From: an uncultured Bacillota bacterium
GTDB taxonomy: Bacteria > Bacillota_I > Bacilli_A > RFN20 > CAG-288
Direction of reading: 5' to 3'
Length of the DNA stretch: 64,000 nucleotides
Assembly (NCBI GenBank): GCA_949290645.1
Contig: CASESG010000004.1
Coordinates: 74,821-138,820, forward strand
How positions within the stretch are numbered: the stretch's first letter is position 1; each line of letters begins with the position of its first letter. Position numbers and translations under genes: made by a program. A model generated the notes under the pieces. The model saw only the letters and a program-made list of their open reading frames with translations, did not search any database and was not told the origin of the DNA. Positions 46,045-55,015 of this stretch are shown piece by piece.

Positions 46045-46473
46045 TCAGAGAGGTTTCTTCCGAGACCGGCTTTCCAAGGCCAGCTCGATTTCCTGGATGA
46101 CAGAGGAGAGGTTCTTCTCGATCTCATGCTCCCAATAGCGAAGCACGAGATAGCCGAGCTCCGAAAGCTTCTCGTCGACTTCCTGATCCCTTCTTCGGTT
46201 GCGCTGGATTTTCCTCTTCCAGAAATCCGCATTGGTCGAGAGGGACTCTTCGATCTTCCTCTGGTCATAGCCGTGGAAGAAGTCTCCGTCGCAGAAGATG
46301 CAGACTTTCTGCCGACGGAAGACGATGTCCGGCGTGCCGGGAAGGGTTCGATCGTTCTTCCGATAGCGATAGCCATCCCGAAACAAGGCCTTGCGGAGCA
46401 GGACTTCGATCTTCGTGTCCTTTCCCCGAATCGAAGACATCACATGGTGAGTGACTTTCTGGTCTCTCTTCAT
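46045..46473 (-). CDS. vsr: Very short patch repair endonuclease
   Basis: MSSIRGKDTKIEVLLRKALFRDGYRYRKN..LPGTPDIVF...VCIFCDGDFFHG is the Vsr signature region. ATGA overlap with the upstream Nudix gene. Confidence 0.9.
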   Translation of the reverse strand: MKRDQKVTHHVMSSIRGKDTKIEVLLRKALFRDGYRYRKNDRTLPGTPDIVFRRQKVCIFCDGDFFHGYDQRKIEESLSTNADFWKRKIQRNRRRDQEVDEKLSELGYLVLRYWEHEIEKNLSSVIQEIELALESRSRKKPL

Positions 46474-46880
46474 CGTCTCCGGCTGAGGAATTCTTCGGCC
46501 TTCTTCAAGGTGTCCTTGTCCGACTCGTATGTCAGTGTCTGTTCGGCTTCCTCATAGGGAAGGAAAGAGATCTCCTGGACCTCTTCCTTCTGGGGAACGA
46601 TCGTGGAGGTGGTCGGTGTCGCAAGATAGAAGGTCACGTCCTTGAGGACATCCTTCTTGGGAGAGTAGGTGATGGTATGGGCAAAGCCCGTGTCGACTTC
46701 GACGTCGAGGTTGGTCTCTTCCTTGATCTCTCGGTGGACACATTCCAGAGGGGTCTCTCCCTCCTCGATATGTCCCTTGGGAAGAGAGTTGTGACCCAAG
46801 GTCATCTTCTCGATCAGATAAAGTCTCTTTCCGTCCACGACCCGATAGACCACGGCTCCGTAGCTGTATTCCTGTTTCAT
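46470..46880 (-). CDS. NUDIX hydrolase
   Basis: Start moved to ATG 46880 (GGAGGGAG RBS). Nudix box GHIEEGETPLECVHREIKEETNL. Confidence 0.88.
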   Translation of the reverse strand: MKQEYSYGAVVYRVVDGKRLYLIEKMTLGHNSLPKGHIEEGETPLECVHREIKEETNLDVEVDTGFAHTITYSPKKDVLKDVTFYLATPTTSTIVPQKEEVQEISFLPYEEAEQTLTYESDKDTLKKAEEFLSRRR

Positions 46881-47067
46881 CTTCTTCTCCCTCCAAGAAA
46901 CAAAAACTCCCCTGTACCGAAGCACAGGGGAGAGAGCAAAAGGAATTTTATGTTGGAATTTATTCTCGTTATCAGCGCCTAAGAAACCTATGTCCCTCGG
47001 CTGACCTAAATATAGAACATGCTTTCCTCGATTGTCAACAGCTAGCCCTCAATGAAAGCGGTTATCC

Positions 47068-49476
47068 TCAATGGCAGCACCCGTTTTTGTGATTTTTATG
47101 GCCGAAGAGGCCTTTTTTCTCAGCGCAGGTGTTGGTGACGACCCCCGCTTTCTGGACATCGATGACATTGTTGACAAAGGTAGCGTTCTTGTCATCGACG
47201 ACAAAGGGGATGAGATGAATCGGTTTGTTTCTCTTCCGCAAGGAGTAGCTGTTGAGGGCGACGAGAAGTCCCAGAAGTCCCACGATGACGAAGGCGATTA
47301 TGGTGTCGACAAGCTCCAGGGTTCCGTAGGCAGCAGTTCCGATCAAGGAGAGGGAACCAAGGCCATAGGTCATCAAGGAGACGAGATAGGAAGTCAGGAT
47401 CCAGAAGCTCAGGACATAGAGGAAGTTCTTCTTGCTCTTGAGCTCCGCCTTGGCAGCGGAGATGGCCGCAACGCAAGGAAGGGTGAAGAGGTTGAAGGTC
47501 AGGAAGGAGAAGGCACCCGGCACATTGATGCCCGCCGTCTGGATCGTGTAGATGTCCAGGGATTCCATCGTGCCGACGACCTGCTCCTTGGCGACCAGTC
47601 CGGTGATGGAAGAGACGACATACTTCCATCCGTCCGTTCCATGGGCAAAGCCCAGGGGATAGAAGATCGGTTGGATGAAGCTTCCCAAGGAGGAGAGGAT
47701 CGACTTGCTGATGTCCCCGACTTCCTGAATCTCCCCGTCGATCGTCACCTCGATCGTCGGAACCATGGTCCAGTTCCACTGGAAGGACTGAAGGAACCAA
47801 AGGAGAGCCGACATCAAGGCGATGACCGTACCGGCACGGATCAGGAAGCGCTTGGTCTCTTCCCAGAGGGCAATGCCCGTGGCCTTGGCCTGGGGAATCA
47901 TATAGGGAGGGAATTCCATGATGAAGGGAGAGGACTTTCCCTGGAGGACGAATTCATTGGAGAAATAACCCGCAAGGATCGCACCGACGATACCGATCCC
48001 GTACATGATGAAGGCGACGACACCCCCTTGCAAAGCACCGCCGGTGAGCCCCTGGATGATGGCCGTCCCGACACCCATGAAGATCGGAAGCTTGGCGCTA
48101 CAGGCGAAGAAAGGGGTCAGGGAGATCGTCATCACCCGTTCCCTTTGGCTCTCGATCGTCCTCGCGCCCATAATGCCCGGGACGGCGCAGCCGAAGCAGG
48201 AGATCAGAGGGACGACGCACTTTCCCGAGATGCCAAAGCGACGCAAAAGACGGTCAAAGACAAAGGCCACGCGGGCCATGTATCCCGAATTCTCGAGAAT
48301 CTGGATGAAGAAGGTCAGAAGGACGATCAGAGGCAGGAAGGTCACGACTGCAAAGACCGAGGCCAGGATGCCGTCGCATAGAAGGGAAGTCAACCAGACC
48401 GGAGAGCCGGCCGCAGCAAGACCAGCGGAGAGGTTCTCCAAGATCAAGGTGTTGAGGAACCAGTCCAAGAAGTCCTGCAAGACGATACCAAGAGAAGGCA
48501 TACCCGGCTCAGGATCTTCGAAGAAGGGACGGATCGAAGGAAGACCCATCGAACCCATGAACAGGAAATCCGAGTTGAAGACGATGCAGAAGATAAGGAA
48601 CATCACGACCGCAAAGATGGGAAGGCCGAGATAGCGGTTGGTCAAGATACGGTCGACGCGGTCGGAGAAGGAGAGCTTCGGTTGCAGAATCCCTCTTTTA
48701 TAGAAAGGATAAAGTTGTTTGTCGATATACTGATATCGATCATCAGCGACTCTTTCTTCGAGATTGTATGGTTCTGTAAAGACACCATCCCTGTCAATGA
48801 TCTGGGGTAGCCTCTCGGCGACCTCGGGATGCTTGGAGAGGATCAGCTTGTCGTTCTCGATCATCTTGCTGGCGACAAAAAGCGGAGAGGAGAGCTCTTT
48901 CTCCTGGCAGACTTCTTTCACGTCCAGGACTGCCTTTCTCAGCTTCTCGTCTTCCAGCATCAACGTCCCTACTCTCTTCTTTCCCTTCTGCTCATAGCAG
49001 GTCTTCATCAAGAGGGACATGTTCGTCCCCTTCAGGGCCGAGATGGGAATGACCGGGACGCCGAGCTTGGCGCTAAGTCCCTCGATGTCGATCTCGTCTC
49101 CCCTCTTCTCGATGATATCCATCAGGTTCAAGGCGACGACGACCGGAACGTCCATCTCCAGGACCTGGGAGGTCAAGAAGAGGTTGCGGGAGAGATTGGT
49201 GGCATCGATGACGTTGATGACCACGTCCGGATGCTCGTCCAGGATATAGTTCCGGGAGACGACTTCCTCCGGCGTGTACGGGGAGAGGGAATAGATGCCC
49301 GGAAGGTCGACGATTTCGATCTCCTCCGGGAATTCCTTCTTCTTTCGATACAAGCCTTCCCTCTTCTCGACGGTGACGCCAGGCCAGTTTCCGACGTGAG
49401 CCTTCGATCCCGTCAGGTTGTTGAAGAGGGTCGTCTTTCCGCAGTTCGGATTTCCGCAAAGCGCAACCCTAATCAT
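47068..49476 (-). CDS. feoB: Ferrous iron transporter FeoB
   Basis: 802 aa. N-terminal G-domain (GNPNCGKTTLFN, DLPG) followed by a polytopic membrane domain. AAGGAGG RBS. Confidence 0.96.
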   Translation of the reverse strand: MIRVALCGNPNCGKTTLFNNLTGSKAHVGNWPGVTVEKREGLYRKKKEFPEEIEIVDLPGIYSLSPYTPEEVVSRNYILDEHPDVVINVIDATNLSRNLFLTSQVLEMDVPVVVALNLMDIIEKRGDEIDIEGLSAKLGVPVIPISALKGTNMSLLMKTCYEQKGKKRVGTLMLEDEKLRKAVLDVKEVCQEKELSSPLFVASKMIENDKLILSKHPEVAERLPQIIDRDGVFTEPYNLEERVADDRYQYIDKQLYPFYKRGILQPKLSFSDRVDRILTNRYLGLPIFAVVMFLIFCIVFNSDFLFMGSMGLPSIRPFFEDPEPGMPSLGIVLQDFLDWFLNTLILENLSAGLAAAGSPVWLTSLLCDGILASVFAVVTFLPLIVLLTFFIQILENSGYMARVAFVFDRLLRRFGISGKCVVPLISCFGCAVPGIMGARTIESQRERVMTISLTPFFACSAKLPIFMGVGTAIIQGLTGGALQGGVVAFIMYGIGIVGAILAGYFSNEFVLQGKSSPFIMEFPPYMIPQAKATGIALWEETKRFLIRAGTVIALMSALLWFLQSFQWNWTMVPTIEVTIDGEIQEVGDISKSILSSLGSFIQPIFYPLGFAHGTDGWKYVVSSITGLVAKEQVVGTMESLDIYTIQTAGINVPGAFSFLTFNLFTLPCVAAISAAKAELKSKKNFLYVLSFWILTSYLVSLMTYGLGSLSLIGTAAYGTLELVDTIIAFVIVGLLGLLVALNSYSLRKRNKPIHLIPFVVDDKNATFVNNVIDVQKAGVVTNTCAEKKGLFGHKNHKNGCCH

Positions 49477-49894
49477 GTTTTTCCTCCTTGCTGTGGGCTT
49501 TCCTCTCTTCCCGGATGGCCCTCAGCTTCGCTTTCGCCTCTTTCTCGACTTTTCTCATCTCTTCGTCTTCTTCCTTGAAGCGTCTCTGCGCTTCCTTGGT
49601 CGGGACTCGATACTCGATGACTTTCTTCTTCTTTCCGAACCCGATCGTCTTGGATGTCCAGACAAAGGACTTCTCGTCCATCGGCTCGACCGTGATGTCC
49701 TTGGCGAACTCCCGGTTGATGGCGATCCTTCCATCCTTGACCTTGATGACGACATCTCCCGAGCGGTTATAGAGGCAGGTGACCTTCTCTCCCTTGAGCA
49801 AGGAGAGATTCTCCAGATGCCTCTTGTGCCGATAGTCCGTATGGATATCGACAATTTCCAAATCTTCTCTGGGACAGGCTTGTGTCAATCGCAT
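49469..49894 (-). CDS. feoA: FeoA domain protein with ~65-aa lysine/glutamate-rich C-terminal tail
   Basis: N-terminal ~75 aa is FeoA/SH3-like (L..L..GEKV.......G.VVIKVKDGRIAI.REFAKDI.V). The remainder is KKKK../EEDEEMRKVEKEAKAK.. Overlaps the feoB start by 8 nt. Confidence 0.8.
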   Translation of the reverse strand: MRLTQACPREDLEIVDIHTDYRHKRHLENLSLLKGEKVTCLYNRSGDVVIKVKDGRIAINREFAKDITVEPMDEKSFVWTSKTIGFGKKKKVIEYRVPTKEAQRRFKEEDEEMRKVEKEAKAKLRAIREERKAHSKEEKHD

Positions 49895-49916
49895 GTTGGC
49901 CTCCGTTTGTTACCCT

Positions 49917-49935
49917 ACATTAACTATTATTGACA
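49917..49935 (-). promoter_or_regulatory. Fur-box-like AT-rich imperfect inverted repeat upstream of feoAB
   Basis: Minus strand reads TGTCAATAATAGTTAATGT, 23 nt upstream of the feoA ATG. Arms CAATAAT/CATTAAC match 5/7. Overlaps a possible promoter (TTGCAA - 17 nt - ATAATA). Confidence 0.35.
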
Positions 49936-50079
49936 ACTCCTTTCCGTTTGCAATCTTTTTTTTCAATTTTTTCATCGACGAAAGGAGAAAAGGAAAGGCA
50001 AAGGAGGAAAAGACCGGCATTTCGCCGGAAATCGAAGCATACAAACAGACCGAGTCTGTTTCTCTCGAAAGCGGAATTC

Positions 50080-51474
50080 TCACCAATTGCTCGAGTCGGC
50101 AAGGCTTCTATCCCTGTCCTCGGAGAGAGAAGAGGCGAGATTGTCATGGATCAGGATGTCATCCTGACGGTCGGAAATCTGATAGCAGGAATAGGCCAGA
50201 AGGAGGAAGAGGAAGACGAGGAGGTTGTAGATCGTGTTGTCGATGAGGCCGATGAAATCCACCTCGAGGAGGAAGAGAAGGAAGAGCCAGCGGGCATCGG
50301 AGGCCTTCTTCGCGGAAGTGAAGTAGAGCCAGAACTCATAGAGAGCGAAAAAAAGAAGGCCGACGGAACCACCCATCGAGAGCGTCGAAAGAACCGTGTT
50401 GCTGGAGAGAATGACAACGCCTGAAGGAGAGACCATCGAGGAGATGGACGCTCCGAAGGCCGGATATTTCAGGAAGCCAGCGATGGCCGTCTCGAAGAGA
50501 TCCTGACGATAGTCCGGACGGGTGTTTCCGAGATTCAGGCTGCTGAGAGCCAGAAGGACACGGCTTTGGAACTGGGGAACGTAGACAAGGAGGAAGACAA
50601 AAAGCAGACCAAGGACGACGACAAAAGACAAGGCGAGATAGGGAAAGGCCTTGCCATAGGAGCGGAAGCCCAAGAGCAGAAGGGGAAGAAGGAAGAACAG
50701 GACGACAAGCAAGCTCGAATCCACCGACAGGACCACGATCGCGGAGAGGACAAAGAGCTCGAAGGGAATGGCCAGATACTTCTTTCGGGCGATCAGCATC
50801 GTGAAGAAGGGGAGGGAGAGGGAGAGGAGTGTGCTGGCCGTCTGGCTGGTATAGGACCATCCCAGGTTGAAGGAGGAATCCCCGATGGTCCTCTCGTTGA
50901 AGGCGAAGTCGAGGAAGACCTGGAGGGAGATCAAGACCGCAAGGACAGCGACATTGCGGGCGAAATAGAGGTTGGTGTCCTCTCTGTTGAGGACCGTGTT
51001 GAAGAAGATGTAGAGCAGAAGGAAGACGAAGAAGAAGACAAGGAAAAGGATTCCCGTCCCTTCGGCCTGCTGGACGCGGACGGCGTTGATGAGATAGGAG
51101 AGGACGAAGACGAAGAAGAGCAAAAAGAGAGGGAGGAAAAGCTCTCCCTTTCTCAGGCGCAACCTCCTCAGGATCAAGAAGAGGATCAGGGAGAGGAAGA
51201 TGCATCCTCCCGCGGCAAAGAGATAGGGCGGAATGCGGTCGATTCCGATCGGTTCCCGGTCGGAGACGGCCAAAAAGAAGATCAAGGGGATATAGGCTCT
51301 CCCGTCAAAGGCGAGCAGAGGAAGGAAACAGCAGCACAGGAAAAGGCTTGCCGGCACCCAGAGATAGGGGGCGGGAAGGAACCAGATGAGGAAGGACAGG
51401 AAGGCCAAGGTGAGCAGGAAGAAGAAGGAGGAGACGTATTTCCTCAGCCCTGTCAGAAAGACGTAAAAAGTCAT
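50080..51474 (-). CDS. Polytopic membrane protein, O-antigen ligase/Wzy-like
   Basis: 464 aa with at least 10 predicted TM helices. Late loop plus ..SNTVLSTLSMGGSVGLLFFALYEF.. resembles the Wzy_C/O-antigen-ligase region. The family assignment is tentative. Confidence 0.6.
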   Translation of the reverse strand: MTFYVFLTGLRKYVSSFFFLLTLAFLSFLIWFLPAPYLWVPASLFLCCCFLPLLAFDGRAYIPLIFFLAVSDREPIGIDRIPPYLFAAGGCIFLSLILFLILRRLRLRKGELFLPLFLLFFVFVLSYLINAVRVQQAEGTGILFLVFFFVFLLLYIFFNTVLNREDTNLYFARNVAVLAVLISLQVFLDFAFNERTIGDSSFNLGWSYTSQTASTLLSLSLPFFTMLIARKKYLAIPFELFVLSAIVVLSVDSSLLVVLFFLLPLLLLGFRSYGKAFPYLALSFVVVLGLLFVFLLVYVPQFQSRVLLALSSLNLGNTRPDYRQDLFETAIAGFLKYPAFGASISSMVSPSGVVILSSNTVLSTLSMGGSVGLLFFALYEFWLYFTSAKKASDARWLFLLFLLEVDFIGLIDNTIYNLLVFLFLLLAYSCYQISDRQDDILIHDNLASSLSEDRDRSLADSSNW

Positions 51475-51559
51475 CGCTTCAGTATAGCAGAGGAAAGGAC
51501 ACAGAGCGCCTGGAAAAGTCGATTCGCATCAAATAAGGATAGAAAAGAAAGGGTTTGGA

Positions 51560-51568
51560 TGATATAAA
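51560..51568 (+). promoter_or_regulatory. Candidate extended -10 promoter of the yfhO-pfp unit
   Basis: TGaTATAAA located 31 nt upstream of ATG 51599. Confidence 0.35.
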
Positions 51569-51598
51569 GGAAAGATGAAAAGATAGCAGGAAATCGAC

Positions 51599-54500
51599 AT
51601 GGAAATCGCATTGGAAATCCGAGCCCAGCTCCAGATGGCCCTGCACCACAAGGCCGATCCCTTCTTCGAGCGCCTCAAGAAGAAATTCTTCCATCCCTCC
51701 GAGAGGATGAAGACCTTCTATTGCCTGGTCGTGGTCGGACTCTGCTGCTTCCTCTACAGTTGGATCAAGAATCAGCTCACCGTCCCTCTTGGCGGAGACT
51801 ACACCCTCCAGGAGATGACCTTCCTCTACAACGGCTATGACGACTGGCACCACTTCTTCGAGACCGGAGACTTCCCCTTCTGGGATCGCTCGGCCTTCCT
51901 GGGCATCGACAACATCGGAGGAAACTCCTTCTACTACCTCTTCGATCCGTTCTTCCTCATCATGCTCATCTTCCCCAGGGATTGGTTGATCTATGTTCAG
52001 GGATTCATGTTCGTTCCGAAGCTTGTTATTTCCGGAATGCTCTTCTATTGGTATCTTTCTTCCTTTGACGTTTCGGACAAAAACAGAAGAATTGGTGCTC
52101 TTTGCTACGGCTTTTGCGGCTATTGCTTCGGATACTTGTGGTTCCACTTCATCGATTCGGTCGCCTTCCTTCCTCTGACCTTCCTGGGAATCGAGAGAGT
52201 CTTAAGGGACCGCGACCCGAGAATCCTTCTTGTCGGCTTCCTGCTCAACGCCCTGACGAGCTATTTCTTCTTCGTCGTTTTCATGATCGGTGCCTTCCTC
52301 TATGCCATCTTCCGCTTCTTCCAGACCATGAAGACGAGGACTTTCGAAGAGCAGTGGGCTGCGATCGGAGTCGGTGTCTTCTCCTTTGTCATGGGCATCT
52401 TCCTTGCGGGCATCACCTTGCTCCCGGGTATGTACATGGCGATCTCGATGCCTCGCGTCTCCTCAAGCGACGCCTACTTGACGACCCTATTCGAGAGCCA
52501 GTCCCTCAAGGAATTCATCGACAATTTCTTCACCTATCCCTCGACCATGGCTCACAACCAGATCACGCCTCTGCTCAATTTCCTCTTCATGCCGGACAAC
52601 TGCTATTATTCCAACCTCCTCAACGTCTCCTGGTATGACAACCTCGCCTCCTCAATCTATGCGACCACGCCTCTGCTCCTGCTCTTCTTCGTCGGCCTTG
52701 TCGAGGCCATCAAGAACAAGCGCTTCTCCTATCTCTTCGGAATGTTCTTCACGCTCTTCCTGATCTTCACTCCGATCGGATTCTATCTCTTCTCCGGTTT
52801 CACGGTCGCCTATGCCCGCTATTTCATCATCCCGACGAGCTGGATGATTGTCTTCGACATCCTCACCCTGCAGAGAAGAAGGGAGATCAAGCGCTCCTCC
52901 CTGGACCTCTCCTTCGCCTTCGTGATGATCCTGGATGCTATCTGCGGATTCCTCATCGTCTATGCCGTCAACAAGAATCCGAACTACTTCCCCTCCTCGA
53001 CCTATTGGGATCTGAAAATGATCGAGATTCCCCTCTCGATGGCTTGGGTCTTGGTCTGCTATCTCGTGATGCGTCCTCTCTTCCACAAGGCCCAACTCTC
53101 CAAGGCCATGATCGCCCTCTGCTCCGTCGACATCGCCGTCATGGCAAACGTGACCATCATCTTCCAAGGAACAGTCGACATCAATTCCATGGCCGGAGGC
53201 CCGGACAACATCGCCGAGGAGACGAAGATCGTCACCCTGCTCAAGGAGAGCGAAGGAAACGACTTCTATCGTCTCTTTTCTCCGACGGCAGACCGCGGAA
53301 ACATCAACATCTCCATGCGCATCGGCTACAACGGCTTGGGTTCCTTCCACTCCGTCTACGCCTTCGAGGCGCAGGATTTCATCGACCGCTCTCGCATCCC
53401 CTACACCAGCGGAAACTGGTCCATGGGCATGCACAACCGTCGCGAAAACATGGAGACCTTCCTCGGAACGAAGTACTACCTGGTGCCGAAGGTCGATCTC
53501 GGCTACGAAGCAAACGAGGTTCCCTTCTCCGACTATGACATCCCCTATGGATACGTAAACGTCCTCGATTTGACACAAGAGGAGAAAGAAGAGCTCGGCG
53601 TCGACTATTCCTCCGAGCTTCTGGACTATCTCGCCAGCGATTCCTGCGACAAGTCCCTCTATGTCAACCTCAACTTCGTCGACTTCGCCTTCCCCTTCGA
53701 CACTGTCATCAACACGGCCTGGCTCGCCACAGGCGCGGATTCCGAGGGCAAATACTACTGGGGACGCTATGAGGACGTCAACGAATATCCTCTGCTCCGA
53801 TACGGAATGCTCGACAACGAGGACTTCCTCTCCTTCCAGAAGGAGAAGCTCTTCCATGCCGGCACCTATACCGCAAACGGAAAGACGACCACCATCGCGG
53901 AGGATTCCACAAACGCAAGCTCCCTCTTCTACAACAGCATGATCACGTCCAACTACCGGGAAGGGGATTCCGCTCCGATCGAGCGCTATGCCGGCTCCAC
54001 CCGCCTCAAGGTCGAGGTCTACTCCGCCAACTGGCCGGCGACAAAGAGCAATCCCAGCGGCGAATACGCCTACATGAATCCCGAGGATCCCTATGACAAC
54101 GAGGGAAGGGAAGAATATGACAAGGAGCATCCTTTCCTTGCCGCAAACGGCATCGGTCCTGCCGACGACCACTATGACTACGACACGCTGAAGGACGACG
54201 AAGGAAAGACTTCCGACAAGTATCAGAGAAAGGTCCTGTACAATTCCAAGCTCGTCCTGACTTTCGAAAACGGAGGGGAGAGCGTCTGTCTGGTTCCGGA
54301 AGCCGATCCCAACGATCCGAGCGCCGGCGCCTATCTCTCCATCGATTCCAGCAACAACATCTCCTGGCGTCTCTTCGACGAGGAAGGAAAGCTGATTTCC
54401 ATCGCCCAGCACTCCTATTCCGACTATCAAAGAGCCCATGGCTATTATGTCGACCGGCCGGTCAAGACCATCGTCGGCGTCATCCGGGACGGAACGAAGG

Positions 54501-55015
54501 ACAACCCGGTCAGCGTCGACCGTCCGGAAATCTACATCATCCGCAACAAGGACTATCAGGAAGCAATCGACAAGCTCAGGGAAGAGCCGGTCGAAATCGT
54601 CAAGAGAGACGACGACAATGTCTACTTCCATACCAGCTACGAGAGCGCAAAGTTCGTCGTCCTCAACTATCCTCGCCAGGCGGGCTGGAAACTCTATCGG
54701 CACACGGAGGACGAGGAAGGAAACGAAATCAAGGAAGAGGTCGAGACCTACAAGGCCCAGGGCGGATTCATCGGCTTTGTCTGCCCTTCCGGAGAGGGAT
54801 CCTATTCCCTGGAATACAAGTCTCCTTACTTCAGCCTCGGACTGCTGATGACCGGAATCGGTCTTGTCGCCACGCTCCTCTGCCTCTATGGCTATGACCG
54901 CTTGAGCAAGACTCGTCGTTTCGAGAAGGAAGAACTCAATCGCCTGAAATACATCATGGAGAAGGAAATCCGCATGTTGGATATGGCCAAGGCCGACATG
55001 GAGGATCAGGGATGA
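51599..55015 (+). CDS. YfhO family membrane glycosyltransferase-like protein, unusually long (1138 aa)
   Basis: N-terminal block ..LGGDYTLQEMTFLYNGYD..FPFWDRSAFLGIDNIGGNSFYYLFDPF.. is typical of YfhO. Many TM helices, a ~600-aa extracytoplasmic region, and a C-terminal TM. Confidence 0.8.
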   Translation: MEIALEIRAQLQMALHHKADPFFERLKKKFFHPSERMKTFYCLVVVGLCCFLYSWIKNQLTVPLGGDYTLQEMTFLYNGYDDWHHFFETGDFPFWDRSAFLGIDNIGGNSFYYLFDPFFLIMLIFPRDWLIYVQGFMFVPKLVISGMLFYWYLSSFDVSDKNRRIGALCYGFCGYCFGYLWFHFIDSVAFLPLTFLGIERVLRDRDPRILLVGFLLNALTSYFFFVVFMIGAFLYAIFRFFQTMKTRTFEEQWAAIGVGVFSFVMGIFLAGITLLPGMYMAISMPRVSSSDAYLTTLFESQSLKEFIDNFFTYPSTMAHNQITPLLNFLFMPDNCYYSNLLNVSWYDNLASSIYATTPLLLLFFVGLVEAIKNKRFSYLFGMFFTLFLIFTPIGFYLFSGFTVAYARYFIIPTSWMIVFDILTLQRRREIKRSSLDLSFAFVMILDAICGFLIVYAVNKNPNYFPSSTYWDLKMIEIPLSMAWVLVCYLVMRPLFHKAQLSKAMIALCSVDIAVMANVTIIFQGTVDINSMAGGPDNIAEETKIVTLLKESEGNDFYRLFSPTADRGNINISMRIGYNGLGSFHSVYAFEAQDFIDRSRIPYTSGNWSMGMHNRRENMETFLGTKYYLVPKVDLGYEANEVPFSDYDIPYGYVNVLDLTQEEKEELGVDYSSELLDYLASDSCDKSLYVNLNFVDFAFPFDTVINTAWLATGADSEGKYYWGRYEDVNEYPLLRYGMLDNEDFLSFQKEKLFHAGTYTANGKTTTIAEDSTNASSLFYNSMITSNYREGDSAPIERYAGSTRLKVEVYSANWPATKSNPSGEYAYMNPEDPYDNEGREEYDKEHPFLAANGIGPADDHYDYDTLKDDEGKTSDKYQRKVLYNSKLVLTFENGGESVCLVPEADPNDPSAGAYLSIDSSNNISWRLFDEEGKLISIAQHSYSDYQRAHGYYVDRPVKTIVGVIRDGTKDNPVSVDRPEIYIIRNKDYQEAIDKLREEPVEIVKRDDDNVYFHTSYESAKFVVLNYPRQAGWKLYRHTEDEEGNEIKEEVETYKAQGGFIGFVCPSGEGSYSLEYKSPYFSLGLLMTGIGLVATLLCLYGYDRLSKTRRFEKEELNRLKYIMEKEIRMLDMAKADMEDQG

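Noticed and set aside
52652-54703. 683-aa ORF on the minus strand
   Set aside because: Antisense shadow of the yfhO-family gene.
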